From the NCBI GenBank assembly GCA_002269645.1, contig NIVC01000945.1, positions 124,001-188,000 of the forward strand: DNA of 64,000 bases, given 5' to 3'. Below the pieces are notes generated by a model. That model did no database searches and was not told the origin of the DNA. It was given only the letters and a program-made list of their open reading frames with translations. Positions 59,101 to 64,000 of this stretch are shown here, one piece after another (the stretch's first letter is position 1; every line of letters starts with the position of its first letter). Origin of the DNA: Macrostomum lignano. Lineage: Eukaryota. The position numbers and the translations under genes were made by a program.

Positions 59101-61818
59101 AGACAGCGGAGAAAAATTTTTAGGAAATTATCACTCACTGCCCGACTGGTCAGCTGCGTACGACAGCCGAAAGCCTCTCGACTGACCGTCTCCGCTGGCA
59201 ACTAATCGAATCATGACGGGACCGGACAGACGGAACTCCGACTCTCTGGAGCTAGCATTGGTCACCAGGAATCTCAGAGCCGCTTCGTCCTCAGACGTTG
59301 TGTTCTCGTAGATGTACAGCTTGCCATTGGGACGGAGGCTTATGGAGGTGAATCGGATGCTGAGTCTGATGTCTCTGCTAATGAACCAGCGGTAATCCAT
59401 GTCGCTGTTGAACTCCGCTGAGCCCTTGGGGAACTCTATTCGCCCACTCGGTTCCGCTTGAGAAGCTTAATGAAGGTGTGGAAATACTGATTACTGATTG
59501 AGTTTTAGTCACCAACAAAGTTGTTGAAATTAGCGTTGTCATTGTATTGACTGTGTATATTTTGATTCACTTTTACCTGACTTTTGTGACTCATGAATTT
59601 GGCTATTATGCCCTAAATCGCACTTTATGCTAAGCTTTTCGCTGCACTTCGATTATCATAGTTCAAAACGATTCTTACTGCTGTACACAGTGTAGGAGAG
59701 ACCGAGCCCACGTCGTGATCGTCTGGCTTCTGTCGTCAGCATCACAGTGACGAATCCGTTCGCTCTCACGGTCTTCCTCTCACCAAGTAGTCCAGTCTGA
59801 CTGAATATCGGAGACTCGCTCAGCACAGGACGAACACCATTATACACGCTTATCGTATCCATATGTGGCTGACTTCCCTCGGCATCAAATAGCTCGAGCT
59901 CAACGATTTGCTGGGGATTCACGGCAATAAACCATGCTCTTGTTGTGACATTGCTCACAGCGATGTCAGCACCTTTACTTTGGTAACAGATTCTCTCTCC
60001 TTTTTCATTTTTGATTATTTCAGTAGGCATTTCCAGATCTGAAGCGACAATGGAATTATCATTGTAATAGTCTAAGAACGGAGTCACCCTAAACTTTAGT
60101 GAGTCACTTTAAGTCTAGAATTACCTCCGTCGCTGCTTCTGTAGGACAGCCTAAAAACTCGTCCCCTTGTCTGTGTCTTCGTAACCTGCACCAGCACCGG
60201 GCCGAGCAGTCGGAAACGCGACGTCCCTTCTCTCTCTTTCGGTCCGTCGATAAAGACGGGCTCCTTGTCGGGGGTTGTCGTCATCTGGTAGATCCGAGCG
60301 AGGTCAGAGAAGGACAGCTTGAGGTCGATTCTCCCGGGTCGGTCAATGAGCCACCGGTATTCAATGCTAACATTGCTGGTGTCTTGATCCGAGACTTCCA
60401 GCTCTGAGCAGATTGCGTCGTCTCTGGGCTCGGTGAAAGTTCTGAATCGAACTAAAATTGCGAAAATTGGGTAGCTTTTCAACTATCAGCTCATTGCTTT
60501 GATATTACTTAAACTATTTACCACTTATACTAATACGTATACTTATCCTACTTATCCAAGCTTATTATTCAGTATAGGAAGCCTTCATTAAATACCTGAC
60601 AGTAGCCAGACACAGTAGCCTGACAACAACGTTACTCACCCAAAGATTCCTCAAGCGTGTAGGTTAGGTTGAATCCCCTCTTTGTGACGCTACTATCTGT
60701 CTTAAATCGAATTAGCACAGGAGCAATGAGCACAAGCACTTCGGATGTAGCGTTATTCGGATTGATTCGGAATTTTGGATTCCTGCGATACGATACTTCG
60801 AGGTCGTCCGTACTCTCGAAAATCTCCAAGCGGTCATATGGGGTCTCCAGTTCCGCAAAGTGGAATCGGATGGCTACAACCTTCGGCCCGCGAATGGTCC
60901 AGTTGTATTCTTTGGAGTTCTCATAGAGGGCGCCGGGCTGCCCAAAGTTTTCCGGACATTGAATTGTGCCAGTGTCGGCCGGGACTGAAACTGTGGATCA
61001 GGGACCACATCAGTACTTGGATGAACATAGCTGACAGAACTGCTTTAATTGCAAAACAGTCTAGAACAGTCAGTCAACACTTCAACTGCTAAAAATTTAC
61101 TGCTGGCCCTAACCTATTATTGAAGTAAATCACCGGCAGAGAAAAGTCAGGAACCAAATTCTGACTGTTCTTGATGATGGCAACACAATACATATATTTC
61201 CCATGATAGCTTCTGATTATAGATTTCTTAACATTGTCTAAAACGTTTTAACATTCATTTCGATGCAGGCTCGTGTTTGAATGTAACCAATATTACGTGC
61301 ATTCAAATCATCATTGTTGTCTGGACTTTAGGGCCCGGACTGATTATACTGAATATCACCGCTTTTTCGCGGCAGACACAATAACTTGCTGTCTTGAACG
61401 TAGACAAATCTGTAGTACATCTACTTGTACTACAGATAGCTGATGTTGAATAAAAGTGTCAAATACAGTCATCAATGATCTTAAAAATGACTGTGCAAAG
61501 TTCATCCGAACTCTTGACTGAAAATCGTGGAACAAATGAAGAGCTAAAAAAATCGAGGGCAATAGAACATCCACAATCACATTGCGGTCAGTCAGTCAGT
61601 CGCAAATCTGACTTGATCGGAGGCTGCAGTTCTCAGTCCATAAGCATTAGGATGTTGAAATATTGGCGTCAGCAATCAGACTCACCTGCTACAGCAGAGC
61701 CGGTTTCAAATGCCAAGAGGCTGCCTAGAAAGGCGGTGAGTAGCAGTAGCAGCAAATCCATTTGCTGGTTGCTGCAAAAGAATTTCTTAGGGCTCCGGTG
61801 CTGCAGCTTGACCAGCAT
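47112..61818 (-). CDS. Secreted multi-CUB-domain protein, 25 exons, ~2,700 aa, 23 CUB-like domains
   Basis: Signal-peptide exon 61818/61761-61686 (MDLLLLLLTAFLGSLLAFETGSAVA). Domain exons: 60984-60640, 60451-60125, 60071-59679, 59465-59139, 59045-58722, 58558-58214, 57494-57156, 57011-56682, 56465-56151, 56054-55671, 55593-55234, 55132-54791, 54701-54312, 54244-53894, 53750-53403, 53240-52917, 52748-52404, 50678-50334, 50197-49868, 49297-48902, 48784-48434, 48364-48008, 47572-47234. Terminal exon 47137-47112. CUB hallmarks (SGxIxCP, YxWxI, D.I..YE, GPVLIRFKTDxSVTxRGF.L.Y) are strong in some exons and divergent in others. A few acceptors have in-frame alternatives. Confidence 0.85.
47748..47784. 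mobile_element. 37-bp degenerate TIR-only insert
   Basis: cgaggactactag...ctagtggtctttg flanked by ctcagaga / ctcagaca (7/8 TSD match). Confidence 0.62.
49382..49749 (+). mobile_element. Full-length tRNA-derived SINE (family A) in CUB gene intron
   Basis: Head gggggcgtagcccagcgg (A box) and ggctcgattcc (B box), A-rich tail, and a 14-bp TSD aagctcataatcct at 49368-49381 and 49750-49763. Confidence 0.9.
50763..50936. mobile_element. 174-bp Tc1/mariner-type MITE
   Basis: Perfect 36-bp TIRs caccttttcacgttcaattttgatcaaagtccagtt with TA on both sides. Confidence 0.9.
51015..51721 (-). mobile_element. Internally deleted Tc1/IS630-superfamily transposon
   Basis: ~150-bp imperfect TIRs starting tacctttttacgttc with TA flanks. 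Remnant N-terminal HTH (MANRGPYQKISQLDRERIVRAYRSGDDWRELGRMMGMKKPTVRNIVTTY, ATG at 51562) is joined out of frame to a C-terminal remnant ending at 51217. No DDE core. Confidence 0.8.
57718..58200. repeat. 61-nt minisatellite in CUB gene intron 7
   Basis: About 8 copies containing aaagtcacaactcaatgaaatgaac...gagataagaatcggcaatt, starting next to the donor. Confidence 0.93.
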
Positions 61819-64000
61819 AATATTTATAAACTTTTAAAGCCCAGGGACCTAGTGAAGCTCCGGAAATTTCCATAGCCATGTTTACGCGTGTTTTCAGCTT
61901 TTTGTGAGCCCTGGATATACCTCGGTTTGTACTCGTAGGGGTAGGTCATCTCGGTGCGATCTTAATGATAAAATATGCCAAAATCTCGCGTGTCAGATGC
62001 AAATTCTCTTAAGCTGCGGCGATGAAAAGCTTTGATTAGACTGCATCGCGACTTTTGTGTTGGCTAAGTAACTTTGTATTGCACTCGGTGACCCTTTGAT
62101 TGTAGAGCCATGGTTTGAACCCTCATATAAACGAACAAGCATCGATAGTGAAAATGGCAAATATGGAATAACACTATCATTTATAGGCAGTTTATACACT
62201 ATTACTCACTTTGGTTAGCTCGTATTTAAGGTGTTGTGAGCTGAATGGAGCCCTCTAGAGGCTTCTAGCACTAGGTTGAACAACTCCAATTTTGAGATGG
62301 ACTGATCAAAATTATAAATTGCTTGTTCGACAAATATTGAGTTTTCTTCAATATCTACGTGACAGACTCGCTCTGGTAGTTATGATTTGTAACTGGTACT
62401 GCTGCTATCTTGAAATATTTGCAGTAGGGTTGTGGCCTCCCTGGTGCAATGTCTGTTGCGAAATAGTCTCAGAACCAGCACTGAGACAATTCTGCCCAAT
62501 TCACTGACTCCTGAGCACATAAAGGCACGCCAATACGCAAGCACGCACTCATACGCACGTTCACACAGGGTGTACAGCGGCCCGAGTTCCTAATCGTAGG
62601 TGTAAACCAAACGGCAACTCCCCCCGACCAATGCATATGCACCAAATAATTAAATCGAACCACCTTGCACCTAGGGGTGTTCGGGATATGGCTTTTGGAG
62701 TAACCTCGTTCCCAAACATTTTTCAGTAACCCCGAACCCCGTCCCGAACCCCGGAAACTCCGACGTGTACACGAACCTACCCATCTTAGTCAGGGGGCAA
62801 GGCACCAAGCGTAATAATAATCTCTGCGTGCATATCTGTTATTTAATGATGTGCCACACGACATAGCAAATTTACCTTTTAAGTTTAGCTTACTTGCAAA
62901 CAGCATATGAGTATGAGCTTCAGCCTCCTTAAGTAACCTTTCTCTATTCAGTTTGGTTCTGTGATCAGTTCCTGATTTCAATTTTTCTTTAATTCCTCTG
63001 GATCTAAAAGGTTAGCATCAATGTTCTGGCCTACAAAAGCCAGGGAAGACAAGAATACTGGCGACTACTCTCGACAATTGGTTTGCTTCCGTTCAATACA
63101 TAATTTATGTCAAATTCAATTAAGCACATCAAGACAGGTGTGAGTCAGAGACAGGTGTGGATACGGAGTTTAAAATACATAATTCTATGGGAATTCAGAC
63201 AATTCGCGAATTCCCGAAAATCACGCTCCAGAATTCCGTCTTGAACCCGATCCCGAAAAAGTCGACTGCCTGCATGGCTGATGCCGGCGCCCTGGACACT
63301 GCCGGCCGGCGGTGCGGCCTACGTTCGCACCCAGGCCCTGAAACGCGTCCTGTGACGTTGTCTCCGCTTGACTGGCTGACAACTTATTTTGTTTTTATTT
63401 TTGTCGTGAGCAATAGTTTCGTTCATTAGTAAAAAAGACAAGATGAATTCCGAAATCTGTACTTACATGTAAAACTGGTCTGAGAAAAAGCATAACCATT
63501 CCAGATAGCTATGTTTAGACCTCCATGAATGAACAACGCTGATGGCCTGATTAAATCCAAGTTCGAAAGGGTTAACTAATTATTAACCCTAACAAATTGC
63601 ATTAAAATGGCCAGTGATTTATCAGTTTAAGCGGGGCAGCGCCCGAGCCCTAATCTAGAGTGGCCATCTGTCTTTCAGGTGAGGTTTGCGATTTTTTACC
63701 TTTGGCGTGCCGAAAATTGTTAAACATTTGTCAACCGGAAACACAGCCCTTGTCTACCATCAAAGGGAGCGTTTGAAACTGCGATCAAGTAAACAAAATA
63801 GCACTCGATTGGCAGAGCTCCACTACTTTTATCAGATGATAAAGGCATCTGTAAATATTTAAGGCAAACAATTTCAACGGAAGCTTGTTCTGGAAAGAAA
63901 AAGTAAGAGAGGTGGGGAGAGGTGAAGATGAGGTTAAAAGATTAGGCGCATTTTTTAAGCTTGGCTTCTGTTTACGAAGCAATATATTATTATACTTCAT

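Noticed and set aside
47112-61818. Calling the CUB gene cubilin or tolloid/BMP1
   Set aside because: No EGF repeats, N-terminal coiled coil or astacin domain found.
62652-62775. hAT-like left end (taggggtgttcggg with cccgaa repeats)
   Set aside because: No matching right TIR or TSD found in the window.
62790-64000. Possible exons of a further gene near the window end
   Set aside because: Short, without recognisable motifs, and strand and frame cannot be fixed.

Overview
Intron-rich, repeat-dense animal genomic DNA with GT-AG introns and no prokaryotic features. Its style resembles a free-living flatworm such as Macrostomum, but that is inference only. Manual splice assembly supports six protein-coding genes: (1) the 5' part of a Kv channel beta subunit (KCNAB, -); (2) a complete 11-exon neutral ceramidase (+, 728 aa); (3) a complete 14-exon SLC37 sugar-phosphate exchanger (+, 560 aa); (4) an orphan secreted ~922-aa protein dominated by KKAGKKVKKGA and GHKS/GYKS repeats (-); (5) an orphan ~307-aa C-terminally anchored membrane protein (-); (6) a ~2,700-aa secreted protein of 23 CUB-like domains, one per phase-1 exon, built from a triplicated 7-exon cassette (-). 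Many introns carry their own minisatellite, which explains most long low-complexity ORFs in the track. Mobile DNA includes tRNA-derived SINEs, two non-autonomous hAT elements, a deleted Tc1/IS630-type element with a matching MITE, a broken RTE-like LINE, and three 32-49 bp TIR-only inserts with 8-bp target duplications that resemble P-element excision scars.
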